Assembly (NCBI GenBank): GCA_051942245.1 | Contig: JAVECL010000023.1 | Location: 62,001-97,314, forward strand | Direction of reading: 5' to 3' | DNA length: 35,314 bases | Source: Trypethelium eluteriae | Taxonomy: Eukaryota | Part shown: positions 1-11,850 of the stretch, piece after piece | How the letters are laid out: the number at the start of each line of letters is the position of its first letter | How positions within the stretch are numbered: the first letter of the stretch is position 1 | Translations under genes and position numbers: made by a program | Notes under the pieces: generated by a model | Seen by the model: only the letters and a program-made list of their open reading frames with translations | What the model was told of the DNA's origin: nothing | Databases searched by the model: none

Positions 1-397
1 GATGAAAATCTTTTGCGGTGGCAGAAAGCTTCTTGAGGTCGTTAGCATCTTGCACCTCCTCCGCGACTGACGCGAAACGCAAGCGCGCATTGGCGCTCTC
101 AACAAATGGGTCAAAGAGAGAGTTGAGTCCCTTGATGGTGAAGATGGACTCTGCCGTCCCGGGTGTAAGGCTACGGCCAATCGCACTCATGGCTGGCTTG
201 GCTGGTGTGAGACGAGCGCTGGACGTGCAATTGAAAGGCATGTTCCCAATCACATTACCGATCAAAGGAGTGCCGGGAGCGTTGACCTTTCCAGCGCGGC
301 TGTCGTCTGGAGTGTAGGTGGTGATATTGGTTTCCGGAGAAACATCCTTGAGGGACACACCTTCAGAGGAGCGAGGACTCTCGCCAATGCGAAGCAT
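1..397 (-). CDS. 5' part of a gene running off the left edge; tentatively a Mei2-like RRM RNA-binding protein
   Basis: Open frame from ATG 397 to the window edge: MLRIGESPRSSEGVSLKDVSPETNITTYTPDDSRAGK...FDPFVES...KKLSATAKDFH. The SPxSS...PxTxxTx(F/Y)(S/T)PxD, DPFV and KLSxTAxxF motifs match my recollection of Pezizomycotina Mei2-like N-termini; the RRMs would lie outside the window. A 5'-UTR intron at 403-585 has a GTAAGT donor, ACTAAC branch and CAG acceptor. Confidence 0.55.
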   Translation of the reverse strand, partial: MLRIGESPRSSEGVSLKDVSPETNITTYTPDDSRAGKVNAPGTPLIGNVIGNMPFNCTSSARLTPAKPAMSAIGRSLTPGTAESIFTIKGLNSLFDPFVESANARLRFASVAEEVQDANDLKKLSATAKDFH

Positions 398-1665
398 GCT
401 GTCTGTGGAAAGGTTAGTGACAGTCCAATCTTGCTTGTTTTCTCCTCAAATCGCGAGCATCTCTCCTCGGCCACGCGTCAAGCAGCACCAATCGCCCTTT
501 CGGGAATGCAAGTGACTGGGGCCTTTGTCACGCGATTCCTGCAGGCTATAGGAGATGCCAGAATTGAGGCAGAGTTTCCACTTACCGGTTAAGCAGAAGC
601 TACAGTTACTAGTTTCAAGAGCGGTAGAGTGGATCAGAACCCAGAAGGCAACGCGCAACCGCACTTTTGAGAAGCACGGCGCAACGGCGGGTTTTGAAAA
701 ACCAAGGCTCAGCTAGCAGGTCCAATGGTAGAGAATGTGGATGAAGCTGCGGATATCAGCAAAGAGCGTTGGGTAAGAAAAGTAGACGTGAGCGGATAGA
801 AAGAACTGGCGAAGAGGTGGGGATCAGGGCAGAAAGGATGGGCGAGGACGCGAAGTCCATGGCCTTGTGCACGTCGTCCCAGAATGGAAGATATCCAATA
901 TTGGATGACGGAGCGCTAGCAGGTCTCCAAGGCGGTCGCCCAGAGAGGCGGTCGCGATGCTCTATCGGTCAATCTATCTGGACCTGGGGGGGCAGTCACG
1001 ACGAGTATCAGATCACCAAACGGAAACATGGAACTTAGACCATGTTCCTGACAGATCTGGCTAGCAAATCTAGTATTCGCCATCGTCCACGCAGATGAAC
1101 TCACGATCTCCAAGTTTCGGCTGTTATTCTCAACCAAAAGTGTGCCTATTGTGTGAAGATGTAAAGGTGAGAAATTGAGGAACTGATTTGGAGTTTTAAA
1201 GCATGGGACGGCAGAATGTCGGACCCTGGCCGTGGCCGGGATAAGAATGAGGTAATTAGCTGGACCCTGCATTGGTGCCTGGTGAATCACTCACCGCCTT
1301 CGATTCCGAGCCTCACTTCCAGCCAGCATCGACTCCCGCAGAGCCGCAGCGGCCAACAGCCAACGTGATTCTCCCGCCCTACCTACCTTGGTAGACACAT
1401 TGAGGAACCTCTCGGACTGCGATTATACGCTCTGCCCCTGTCACTCAATAGTTTGCCAGCTTGATAAACTGCGGCTATCGTCTCGGTCTTCATAGCTCTG
1501 GATCGGACAAGACGTTCCTAGCTGTCTTACTCACTTCAGTAACCCTCATTCAAGGAAGAACATCATCCTTTACAGTTGAGAAAACTGTGAGAGATCGAAC
1601 TTGATCTTTGTACGACCTAAGCCCGACCAGTGGAGCTGTAGAGAAGGCGCCTAGGTGGATCAGTT

Positions 1666-4247
1666 ATGCCTGCCATGCCTGCGCTTATTGAGCCGCGGGA
1701 TGATTTAACTGCCGCTGTTCAGCAGGTAGCGTTCCTTGAAGATCTGTGAATATGTACTATTGCAGCTAAGCTCGCCGTAGATTATGCTATCCTCTTCAGA
1801 CAATGACTACATAGACCAACTCATTCCCGTTATGAAGGATGCGCGTCAAACAGACCGAGCAGCTCAGCTTATTCAGGCATTGAACCAAGTTTCCAGTGAT
1901 CGGGAGGCTGACATCGAGCGGATATGTAACACGAACTCTCAAGATTTCATTTCCTCCGTGGATCAGCTCCAACGTGTCCGAGAGGGCACCCTTTCCCTGA
2001 CCTCTGAAGTGCTTCGGCTGGCCCAAGCAATCCAGAGCAGCACCGAGAAACTTCTTGAACAGAAAAGAGCTCTGGTAGAATCACGTAGCGTGCGACAGAG
2101 TATTGATGAGACGTCCCAGGCGCTTCAGGACTGCCTTGAGGTGCTGAAACTGGCCAACCAAGTACACGACTTGCTGGCTCAGAAGAATCATTATGCGGCA
2201 TTACGAGCATTGGATGAATTGCAGAATGTCCATCTGCGTGCGGTGACGAGGTACAAAATCGCGGAGATGATTGAAAAGTCTGTGCCAGCCACTCAGAGAC
2301 TCATCGCAGAGGCCGTTATGTCCGATCTCAATAGCTGGCTTTTTCGAATCCGAGAGACCTCTCAATACGTCGGCGAAGTAGCTTTCTACCATACACAGAT
2401 GCGAAGACAGCGCCAGAAAGACCGTTTGGAAATTAGCGAATACGCCGGAAACTTCAAACTCAACTCCGCCATCGAACTGGTAGCTGATGAGACGGAAGAA
2501 TTCGATGTCTTGAACAATGATAACGAAGAAGTCGAAATCGAGGTCGATTTTACCCCTCTCTTTGAGTGTATGCATATCCACAATGCACTCGGCCAGAGCG
2601 AACGGTTCCGTGCGGAGTATGCGAACACGCGTCGGAAGCAGAAAGACCTGCTTCTCCCAACCCACATAGATCTCACGGATGAAGAGGACACCGATCTTAC
2701 CACCCTTCTCGAAAGCATTACGGGCTTCGCTATCATCGAAAGGTCTACCATGAAAAAGACGGAAAGTCTACGATCCGCGGTTGATGTTGACGAGCTTTGG
2801 GATTCTATGTGCCAAAGCGCTATCAATCTCATCTCGAACGCCCTCAATACCGTCAACAACGATGGAAAGTTGCTGAAGATCAAATCAATCATTGCCATGT
2901 TCATCCAGACAATGGACTCCTGGGGTTACTCCATAACCAGTCTCGACGCGCTGCTCTTAACACTTTTCGGAAAGTATGCTGAGCTGCTCAAGCAGCGCTT
3001 TAGCGAAGACTTCTCCGAGATTGTATCTACCGATGACTACATGCCCATGCCCATATCCAACGCTGAGGACTATGAAAAGGTCGTTACTGTCTCCTGGTAT
3101 AGTCCTGACAAGCGACCGGAGCAAATCAAGTTCCCGACTGTCTTCCCCTTTTCTCAAATGTATCCGTTGTGCTGCATTGATATCCGTAGCCTCCTTAACC
3201 AAATCTATCTCTTCTCGGACGACCACTTCCAGAACTCGGATGTGATTGACGACACGCTGAAGAATTCCTTGGATGAGTTGCTATGTACAAAGGTATGCCA
3301 GAGTCTTGTGGATCGCTTGAGCAGTCAGTATCCAGGGCAGATTGTGCAGATTCTGACAAACCTGGGGCATTTTGAAACTGCGTGCAAAGAATTGCAGGAG
3401 CTCCTAGTAGAAGCTCGCACTTCGGGTGCTGCATCAGGGCCTGTCGTGCTCAAGGCGACAGCGGAGTTCGAAACGGGGAAGAAGACAGCCGAGAAACGTA
3501 TATTTGAGCTTGTAAACTCCAAAATTGATGATTTGGTAGAGACAGCAGAATACGACTGGTAAGTGAATCTCCGAGCAGTCTCGATGCCTCGCTCGCACCT
3601 CCAAGCGGCTGACTATCAGTAAATAGGACTGCTCCCTCCAGCTCACCCAACCCGCAACCTTCCCTCTATATGCAAGAACTCACACGCTACCTGTCCAATA
3701 TCATGTCGTCTGTCCTCCTTGGCCTCCCCACCGAAATTAAAGAACTTATCTACTTCGATGCTCTCTCCCACGCCGCTACTTCTGTCCTCTCACTCCCCCT
3801 CGATCCTATTGTCACTAAGATAACCCCGGCCGCGGTGCAGCTCCTTGATGTTGACGTCAAGCACCTTAGCCAATTTGTTGATTCTTTGGGGAACGCAATT
3901 TTACATGAAAACCTCGATGAACTGCGCCAAACCGTGGAGCTGATGGGGACGGAGAATAAGGAGGAGTTTTTTGATGTTGGACTAAGGAACCGGAGGTATG
4001 GGCGGGTTGATAAGGTCAATGGGGCGGTTTTGCTTGAGAAGTATGTCAAATGTTTCCTATATGCGCTATATGCATTGATGTTATCGCGATGACGGTGTAG
4101 TCATCTCTCTACGTGCTTTATTGTCAGTGCTAATGCAGCCCTCGCAGGGTAACGCAAGGCGCAGAAGCCGTGGCTGTACCCGAGTCCTCACCTGCAAAAC
4201 CTTCGACGCAATTCTCGACTTTCAAGGACCGGCTCGGCATCCGATGA
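1666..4247 (+). CDS. SEC15: Exocyst complex component Sec15
   Basis: Exons 1666-1725, 1781-3558, 3627-4040, 4148-4247, all GT-AG with GCTAAG/GCTGAC/GCTAAT branch sites and consistent phases. Sec15 motifs: ALRALDELQNVHL, DFTPLFECMHIH, DDYMPM, FPFSQMYPLCC, IFELVNSKIDDLVETAEYDW. Confidence 0.96.
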
Positions 4248-5303
4248 AAGCCGTCTAGCTGTGGCTGGTATGCGGCAGAATCTGGGCATGGATGCGAATT
4301 GACTTCGGTGAATGCATGCACACCCAAACTTAGATGCCTTGGCTAATGCCGTCTTTGTATGATAGTGCCGGCAGAAAAATTGGGGATGGCTGGGCGCACG
4401 GCTGGGCGCTTCCACCGCCGAAGGTAGTAGAGTCGCTACGATAGAGTTAATCTTTGTTGGTATCGACTTGTATGTTGACGTGAGCAAGGCCCCTGAATGG
4501 AAATGAGGCAAACTCGTCCATTCACTATGATGAGACTTCTCCGAAAATGGAGTGCGCCGACATGTATGGCCCCCCGCGAAACGACCTAGGACTTTCTCGA
4601 GAATTCTAAGAAGTCTTTGTGCCTATAGACTTCCTTATTGTAGAGTTCGTTTTTGGCCGTATTCGAGTCGCTTGGGCGTAATTGACTGTGGTCAAGCATG
4701 AATCTCCACTCTCGATGGTAAGATGGGTACGAGTTGGTCTCCAAGATTGCCCCTCGAATATGCGGCCTACGAACCTTCATGCTCTCTGTCAAGTTAACAC
4801 GCGTTATGTACCGCCGGAATGATGAAAACGCAGTTATTCATACTTCATCATTTTGCATGTATTGTTTCGTGACCCTGCATTTCGCCATCTGCTTGCTCGT
4901 GTTTCGAAATAACTGTCATCCACAAGATGCTGTACACTTACACAGACCTCTCAAGTCCAAGTACTTCTTTTCTAATTTTGTTTTCTTGGTCCACAAGGTT
5001 GGATTGTATGCACAGACTCTCCTAGCCGGAAAGGGAACAGGCAACGACGATGGGCATGGACAGCAAGAAGTGAGAGAGAAGCAAGAAAATTGACGCTCAG
5101 CAGCACGCCAGGAGCTGCAACGTGAAAGCCAAGCCAAGCCAATAGATTCCCAAGAACACCCGCTTGAAGGGAGAACTGTAACGAGGTAAAGTATTTCGAC
5201 CCTGCTCCCGCTCCCAACCGAAAAGTGACTGTATAGCCATCAGCACCCACGCTAGCCACCTCCATCATTAACAGTGATTGATCACATCAGCTCCGTCACG
5301 TTA

Positions 5304-5932
5304 TTAAGAGAAAAATACCGCCTTCGGATCCCGCGGCGTTCCATCCTCAGCCACATTCTCCCTTCTCATCCTCTCTCTCAACCAGATCACTCTCGCCTCG
5401 TCAAACCCACACTTCCTCCTCGTCATTATACGCTTCACGGCTTCCTTCGCCTCGTCATCTAACCCTTGCCGACTGTCGCCCGCCTCGAGATTGGGCGAAA
5501 GATCAAAGTTGGAGGAGCTGAGTCCCGCACTAATGTCATCGGTGAAAGAACCACCGGGAACGCGGGTGTAAGCCGGGCGGGTACCAGAGGAAGTAGAAGA
5601 AAAGAGGGGGAGATGACGGGTTATGAATGAGGGAAGAGGGCCTTCGACGGTAAGGTAGGGAACTGCAGGCGCGTAGGGAGTCCAGTGGTCGCGAGTAAGA
5701 TAGAGGACTGCGGAACTGACCATCAGTTTGGTGCCTGAATAAAGAGAAGATAGACATATGAAGGCATGCTTTATGTGGGTGAGATGCGCGTGAGGGTGTA
5801 AGCGACGGGTCAAGTTGGGCAGTGATTTGGGCAAAGCTGAAGATAAGAGAAAGAAATGGCCTGCTCAAACTCTAACGTACCAGTCGCGAAGATTAGACAA
5901 GCAAGAGAAAGTCCATATAGTATGTATCCCAT
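5304..5932 (-). CDS. DUF2015 / UPF0357 (YCL012C-like) small fungal protein, 151 aa, N-terminal hydrophobic anchor
   Basis: Exon 1 5932-5881 (MGYILYGLSLACLIFAT), intron 5880-5708 (GTACGT..CTGAT..CAG), exon 2 5707-5304. Family motifs: SFTDDISAGLSSSNFDL, GDSRQGLD, FDEAR, DGTPRDPKAVFFS. Confidence 0.88.
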
Positions 5933-6396
5933 TTCGGCGCAGGTATGAAGGAGTGAGCTCGACGATGGCAAATGGATAGGACGGAGACTTATAATGAGAG
6001 GTACGGAAGGATAGAAACGAGGCTACTATCTTTGCTGTTCGGGAGAATGAGCAAGCAAAGCAACGGAGCGTTGTGGACAGTTAAAGCAAAGGCACCAAGG
6101 CCTTTTCACCTGGGTTTCAGGAGGGGGCGGGCATTGATGAAGGTTGGAGTTGGATTGAGGTGTGATCCAGCTGTGGAGACCATGTCATATCAGACGCGGG
6201 CCACTGAGGCGTTTGTTACAGGTACTCCGAGTAGTTTAGTTATGGCACGTTTAGCCGGACCGCTCGGAACAGACAGGGAAGGATTTCCCGCAACATCGGC
6301 ACACGAAGCTACGACGTCCGTCGATATTGCGAACATCCGCTATCGATTCCTGGGTCTCAAGTCCACGGAGGAGATTGAACGAAACACACCAGCATT

Positions 6397-7029
6397 ATGG
6401 CGACCAATTTCGAAAACATGTCTACGGACTTGATATGGCTGTGCACTCGTACGTCCACCAAAGTCGTGTCCGGCCTTGGAAGATATCCACTGACAAAGTA
6501 AACCCCAAATAGGCGGCAACAACTCCATGCTCCTGAAGCGCAAACAAGCTGGTGGCGTCACCTTCTCCCGCGATCCATTGAACCTCACCAATATCCATAA
6601 TCGCAAATATGAAGGCTTTATCGACACCAAGGTCCATTTCACTCTCTTTCTTTACCGATCTTGCTATCCTCCCCACCCTTGCTAACACTGCCCTAGGCCA
6701 TTGGCATCAACCCTTCTGCGCGCAATCCGTCCGCTCTCACTCTGACCACGAAGAATGCATCTGCTGTGAACCCTTCTGGGGCTCCCTCGCAGCCGGCCAA
6801 ACTCCACAAGACCCACCACTTTCCAGCCAACACGCACAATCGCCAGATATATCGGCAGCTCATCAAGGAGACGACCAAGCAAGGGTATCGCGTCGATCTG
6901 CGACAGGAAATGATAGCGCGGGCGAGCGCTCTGCGGCAGGCACAGCGGACGAAGAAACCGACCCCGGAGAGGAAGCCCAGGGGGCGAAAGGCTTTGAAAT
7001 TGGCAGCTGAGGGAAAGAGGAAAGCGTGA
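6397..7029 (+). CDS. RPL28: 60S ribosomal protein eL28 (L28e family), 167 aa, divergent
   Basis: Exons 6397-6448, 6513-6631, 6697-7029. Spliced product MATNFENMSTDLIWLCTRGNNSMLLKRKQAGGVTFSRDPLNLTNIHNRKYEGFIDTKAIGI...GYRVDLRQEMIARASALRQAQR carries the eL28 motifs DLIW, FSRDPLNL, KAIGI, YRxDLR and ARxSA. Symbol follows eL28/metazoan usage, not yeast RPL28 (uL15). Confidence 0.92.
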
Positions 7030-7598
7030 GAGATAGGAGCGAAAGCGATAGAGGGAGAGAGTCATTGAATACACTGAGATTACATGATGCAGCGAAATGG
7101 TAGAGCCAGATGGCACAGACGCCGACTGGCACCGATAAAATCATGTCCGTGTAAGCGACAACGACCTTGCTTTCGTAGTAGCATCATCCAAGTATCATTT
7201 CCGGCCTCCTGTACACTGCTCGTTATCCTGCTGCATCAACTCCTTTCCGTCGCTGTCCTTGTCTCTCTTACCCCGCCATTTGTACTCTGGGTCTGCACCA
7301 CTGGCGGTCGACTCTATCGTCTCACACCATTTCAACCACATAACGTTCGGTGCCCCGCAGCTCTGTTATAGAGTATATACACCTTGAGCAGAATATGGCG
7401 AGGGCTCCACCAGTTCCGGATATTTTCAAGACATGCCTTATGAAAAAGTGCTAGTCGTTATGTCAAACCACAAAAAAATTTCCGTTTGTTCGATCAATTA
7501 CTCCCTTTGCAGGTGCAAAATCATATGTGAATCGAGTTGTAAGTCTGACTACTTTGCGCAGCTTAACGGCTGGCTTTTCCGAAAAGCTGAATTCTTAA

Positions 7599-8733
7599 TC
7601 ACCTCCTTCCATAACCTGCCTGCTGATATCCGGGCGGCATCCCTCCTGGCGGTCCTGGTGGTGCACCAAACCCAGGCGGGGGTCCGCCACTGGGCTGTCC
7701 TGGGAACCCTCCCGCATACCCTGGAGGTGCGAAATTCTGCGGTCCGCCATAGCCCGCTTGGCTTGGCGGCGGCCTTGCTGGCAAACCGGGCGGAGGATTC
7801 GGCAATGGTGTCTGTGGAACAGGCGTACGGGATGATTGCTGATGAGGTGTTGGTGGAGGCATGGCGTTAAAGCCGTGCGGTGGTGGAGGAGCACCGAAAT
7901 TGGATGGAGGTGGCATGCCTGCGAAGCCAGGAGGTACGCTGGCCGGCGGGCCGCCGTTGAGCATTGGAGGTTGACCGTTCGGCATGCCTTGGGGTGGTAC
8001 TGGAGCGCTCGGTGGGGGAGCAAACAGCTGGGGAGGGAGAGGCTGGGCTTGGGGTTGGATGTTATGTTTTTTGGCCTGGGCTGCAAGCATGCGTTCCGCC
8101 TGGTCGCCATGACGTTCACCTTTCCCATCCTTTTTGTACGCGTATTGAACACTGATTTCCTTGTTCATGAGATATTGGCCATTCATGTTTGCAATAGCCT
8201 CATCCGAGGACTCGAAGTCGGCGAAAGAGACGAAACCATAACCTTTGGAAAGATTGGAGTCATCGCGCGCGATCTTTGGAGTCGCTAATATGGTCCCAAA
8301 GCGTTGAAAGGTCTCGAAAAGAGTCTTTTCATCAACCATTGGGTCTAGGTTGCCAATGAAGAGTTCGGCGCCAACTTCAACTGTTTTTTGCTTATCGGCC
8401 GAAGCTTTGTTGACGCGCACAGGTTTGCCATACAAGCGTATTTGGTTCATTATTTTAGCGGCATAATCGGCATCTTCCTCGCTGATGAATTCGACGAAGC
8501 CATAGCCTTGGTGTGTCTGTGTTACGCGGTCTTTGGGTAGATGTACGTTGACAATCCGACCAGCTTGAAGCATGAGCTCCCACACTAAGCTGTCCGTGAC
8601 CCGTTCGTCAAGATTGCCGACGTAGACCGTGGCCTCTTTGTCCTGTTCCCTATGGTTGCTTGTTAGCTATTCGTCGCCATGACTTGCTTGAGAGATGCGG
8701 GTGGTCCACTTGCCAGTGTCGCGCTCCCGACAT
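7599..8733 (-). CDS. SF3B4: Splicing factor 3B subunit 4 (SAP49/Hsh49): two RRMs and a Pro/Gly-rich tail, 356 aa
   Basis: Exon 1 8733-8714, GC-AG intron 8713-8650 (GCAAGT..GCTAAC..TAG), exon 2 8649-7599. Gives [37 protein letters not shown]..., plus [27 protein letters not shown] and [13 protein letters not shown]. Confidence 0.96.
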
Positions 8734-9077
8734 TGTGCATGTGAAGGATGATATGCGAGGTGTGAGAGATGGTCGCACGTTGTCGAACAGGAGGTTGAAG
8801 GTCCCTGATTCGTGATAGGGAATAGTTTCTTCGACCCGATGAAGATATTAGACAAAACTTATTTGTGTCTGACGTCGAAGGGCGCGTGGAGATGGAGGGA
8901 CAATCCAAATTTCGTTGCAAGCGCAAGGATGAGCTTCGGGAACTTACCTATTAAAGTAAAGCGCATCAATCTGAAAAAGCTTAGGTATAGTTTTCAATCA
9001 CCTGCAGTTTTCAACTTCTTGCTTCACCACAGTCCCCCAACTGAAGACACTCTCAAGTTACACGTCTCTGAATCATC

Positions 9078-9400
9078 ATGATGCAGTTATCAGAGGAGTC
9101 GAAGGTTCGATCGTTATGCGTCAAAGCTCTACGGCTAAAATATGTGCAGCTAATGGACAGTAGGAACGCATTACCAAGGTCATTGATATCTCAAGAGTTG
9201 CCATCCATTAGTATGCCCCAGAGCTTTGGAACACCTCGCATCAGCATCTGACCTCCGGCTAGTGGCTATCTTCCTTTAATAATATATTTGGGATATACCC
9301 GTAGCGAGCCCAGGCCATCACTTATAAGGTCCATCTATCATGCGTCAAGATGAATGTCCGTATGCTGACTCTATCTAGGCTCTTCTCTCCCCTTGCCTAA
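9078..9400 (+). CDS. TOM7: Mitochondrial import receptor subunit Tom7, 53 aa (not in the ORF track)
   Basis: Exons 9078-9104, 9164-9210, 9263-9328, 9379-9400 (162 nt); each intron has a CTAAT/CTGAC branch and TAG acceptor. Product [53 protein letters not shown] matches fungal Tom7 (HYGxxPLxxYLG, LxSPL). Confidence 0.95.
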
Positions 9401-11850
9401 CTCGCACTCGGACATTCAACTCTCTTCGCACCTCACACGAAATCCTGCAACATTGTTCGAGTAGGCCTTTTCCTGAAGCAAGGTGATGGATGGATTTGAC
9501 TATAAGACGTGCGGTGGCATAGTCACAAGTACAAACGAAGAGGCGCTGCATTTGATCGGGTAATGGTCATTCTATAGACGCACATTATCCCTCGGGCCTT
9601 GTAAAATAATACAAATGACATATCTTTCTCTTTGTCCGGTCGATGTCTTATCACCCCTGTGACATTTGTCAAAACCGATGTGGTTGCCACGAGTTCTCCA
9701 TGTTTCAACTGCTTGAGTCTTGACGCACAGGTCAAGCAATGTGGGAAACGGAGGTGTTCGCACACGTAGTTGGCATTGAAAGTCGGAGACGTCGAATCAG
9801 AGCCGAGACAGGTCTCCCTGTGCTTTTTCCTAATACAGTAAAGGAGTTGCCAGAACTCACGTCGGAGGCTAAGGTTAATATCATTCCTTCCCTACCATCG
9901 CAAGAATACACCGGGACCGGGGTGCCGGGATGGCAGGTACCGGCAGGTTTGACCGATTCGGCAACGTCCACATCAGCGCGTGGTGACGGAGGTGCGATGC
10001 AATCTGTGTATGGGCCAAGTGTTCTCGACCGTCCTCGAAAAGCAAGAGGATTCATGAGGCGCCATAATTCTATGATGAGCAAACAGCGATTCTTGCTTCG
10101 CGACTCCTTGTGAGTCGGCACAAGCGTTAGAAAGGAGTGAAACGCTCTCTTCGTGAGATTGCGCCTGGCTGATCTCCTTTGTACATAGTAGGTTTGAGAC
10201 ACATCCGTTAACGAACTGCAGAGCATAAGGTCCGGTCTTCGCAGGGCCCGCAGATTGCTTCGCAAGGCATCTCGACCCCACGGCATCGGAGCCATGTGCG
10301 GGATTGGATCATTCGGAAGGTGCCTTGGGCGTGGCAATGGTTATTGTCACTCGAAATTGGTCTCATAGGCTCACTCCATTGGTGCCATTCGTGGGGGAAT
10401 GTAGCACGGTAATACAGTGGGCCAGTGCTTGGCTGCTTGGGGTTCGCAGATCCGACGGATGCATCATTAGGCGGACCCAGCACCACGAGCCTTAGGGTGC
10501 TTAGGCTCGGCCAAGGGATGTGGGATGGAGCAAGCGAGGAAGCGGGCGGCGACGCGCCTGAAGCCAAAAGAGGTACCGCCGTTACGGTGCCTGGGTGCCT
10601 GGCCCCTCATACAGTACGTCTTTCAGGGTCATTGCTAGCAAGTTCAAGATTCAAGGTGCGACGGTCGTACTCTATGCCCTTCACTCTTGTTCTTCTCCAT
10701 TATTGACGATATATAAGCACCACCACTGCTCTGAATGCGTTGATCCACAGGCTGGAGGTACAAAATCACGACGAGAACACCAGAAGAAGAACGGCCAAGG
10801 CAGCTCATGCTCATCTTACATTGACATCTGCAAGGCCTGGCCGGACGAATCGCAGTGCTGAAACAGTGCACGTGAAAGACGGGCGAATCGTTGCTGGCTT
10901 CTCGCCCAGGTAGGCAGTCCGTAACCAACCAATGCTGAGTGCCCCAAACCACCAGCTGTGCGGAGCCTCGTTGGCGACTAGAGCGAACTACCTGCAACGA
11001 GGGGCCAGCCGAGCCTGTCACAGTAGCTGAGAGCCGTTGGACGCCAGCTGCCGCCCGGCCTCGATGCACTCATGCACCCATGGTTCGGCGCACGTCTGGC
11101 ACACGCTGTGGCCTTGCAAATGACTGGTTCAGTGGTGACGGGCCGACTACCTACCCAGTTAGTTCGATATCTCTTCCATGCTTCTCAAAACGGAGGCCCC
11201 CGAGTCGAAGATTCCACTCCGTACCTTACCACGCCGGACATTTCGGCGTCGCAGGCAGTAGCAGGGATTCGCACGCGCAGCCGTACGAGGCAGCCAGGCC
11301 CTTTGCAAAGCTCCATAATTTGGAGATCTGCTCCCAGGCTTGAACGTCAAACCGCAGCTTTTCTTTTTGATGTCTCCAATTTTTCTCCGCTCCCAAGCGA
11401 GGAGACTGCCAAGCATCTATCATCTGAAGCCTTGATCTCTGGTTCGGAGACCTCCCCACCTGTCCCTAATTCCACAATCTAGTCACAACCAAGCACTATC
11501 CGCTAGCTGCCTGGACCCTGAAATCGTCATTTTGGCCAGCTCGAATCTCATCTTTACAGATTCCATCTTCGCCAAACCCTCACCGAGCCGGCTTTGCGTG
11601 CCAGGGTTGCCATACACCCCGTAAAACCCCTTTGCGATCCTCTGTCCGGCGAGACCGCGCGATTCTTATGAAATCCCGTGCCACTTTCTAAGCACATGCC
11701 ACCAAACGATGTCATACCCTCTCTCATTGTTGGCCTGAGTTGGCTCCAGCTTTGCCGGCAACCCAAATCTGAACGGTACGCAGTCAGACGTGCCTCATAT
11801 TAAGTCGGTTGAGAGGAAGGCTTGCATGATTTTCTAGCCCTATCTTTGAG

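Noticed and set aside
7595..8288. Long alternative-frame and antisense ORFs over SF3B4
   Set aside because: By-products of the GC-rich Pro/Gly-coding tail.
9101..9112. GGTTCGATC resembling a tRNA T-loop / B-box
   Set aside because: It is the TOM7 exon 1 donor; no cloverleaf stems around it.
9523..11482. Many overlapping 60-200 aa ORFs on both strands
   Set aside because: No recognisable motifs or coherent exon structure; consistent with chance ORFs in roughly 50% GC intergenic DNA.
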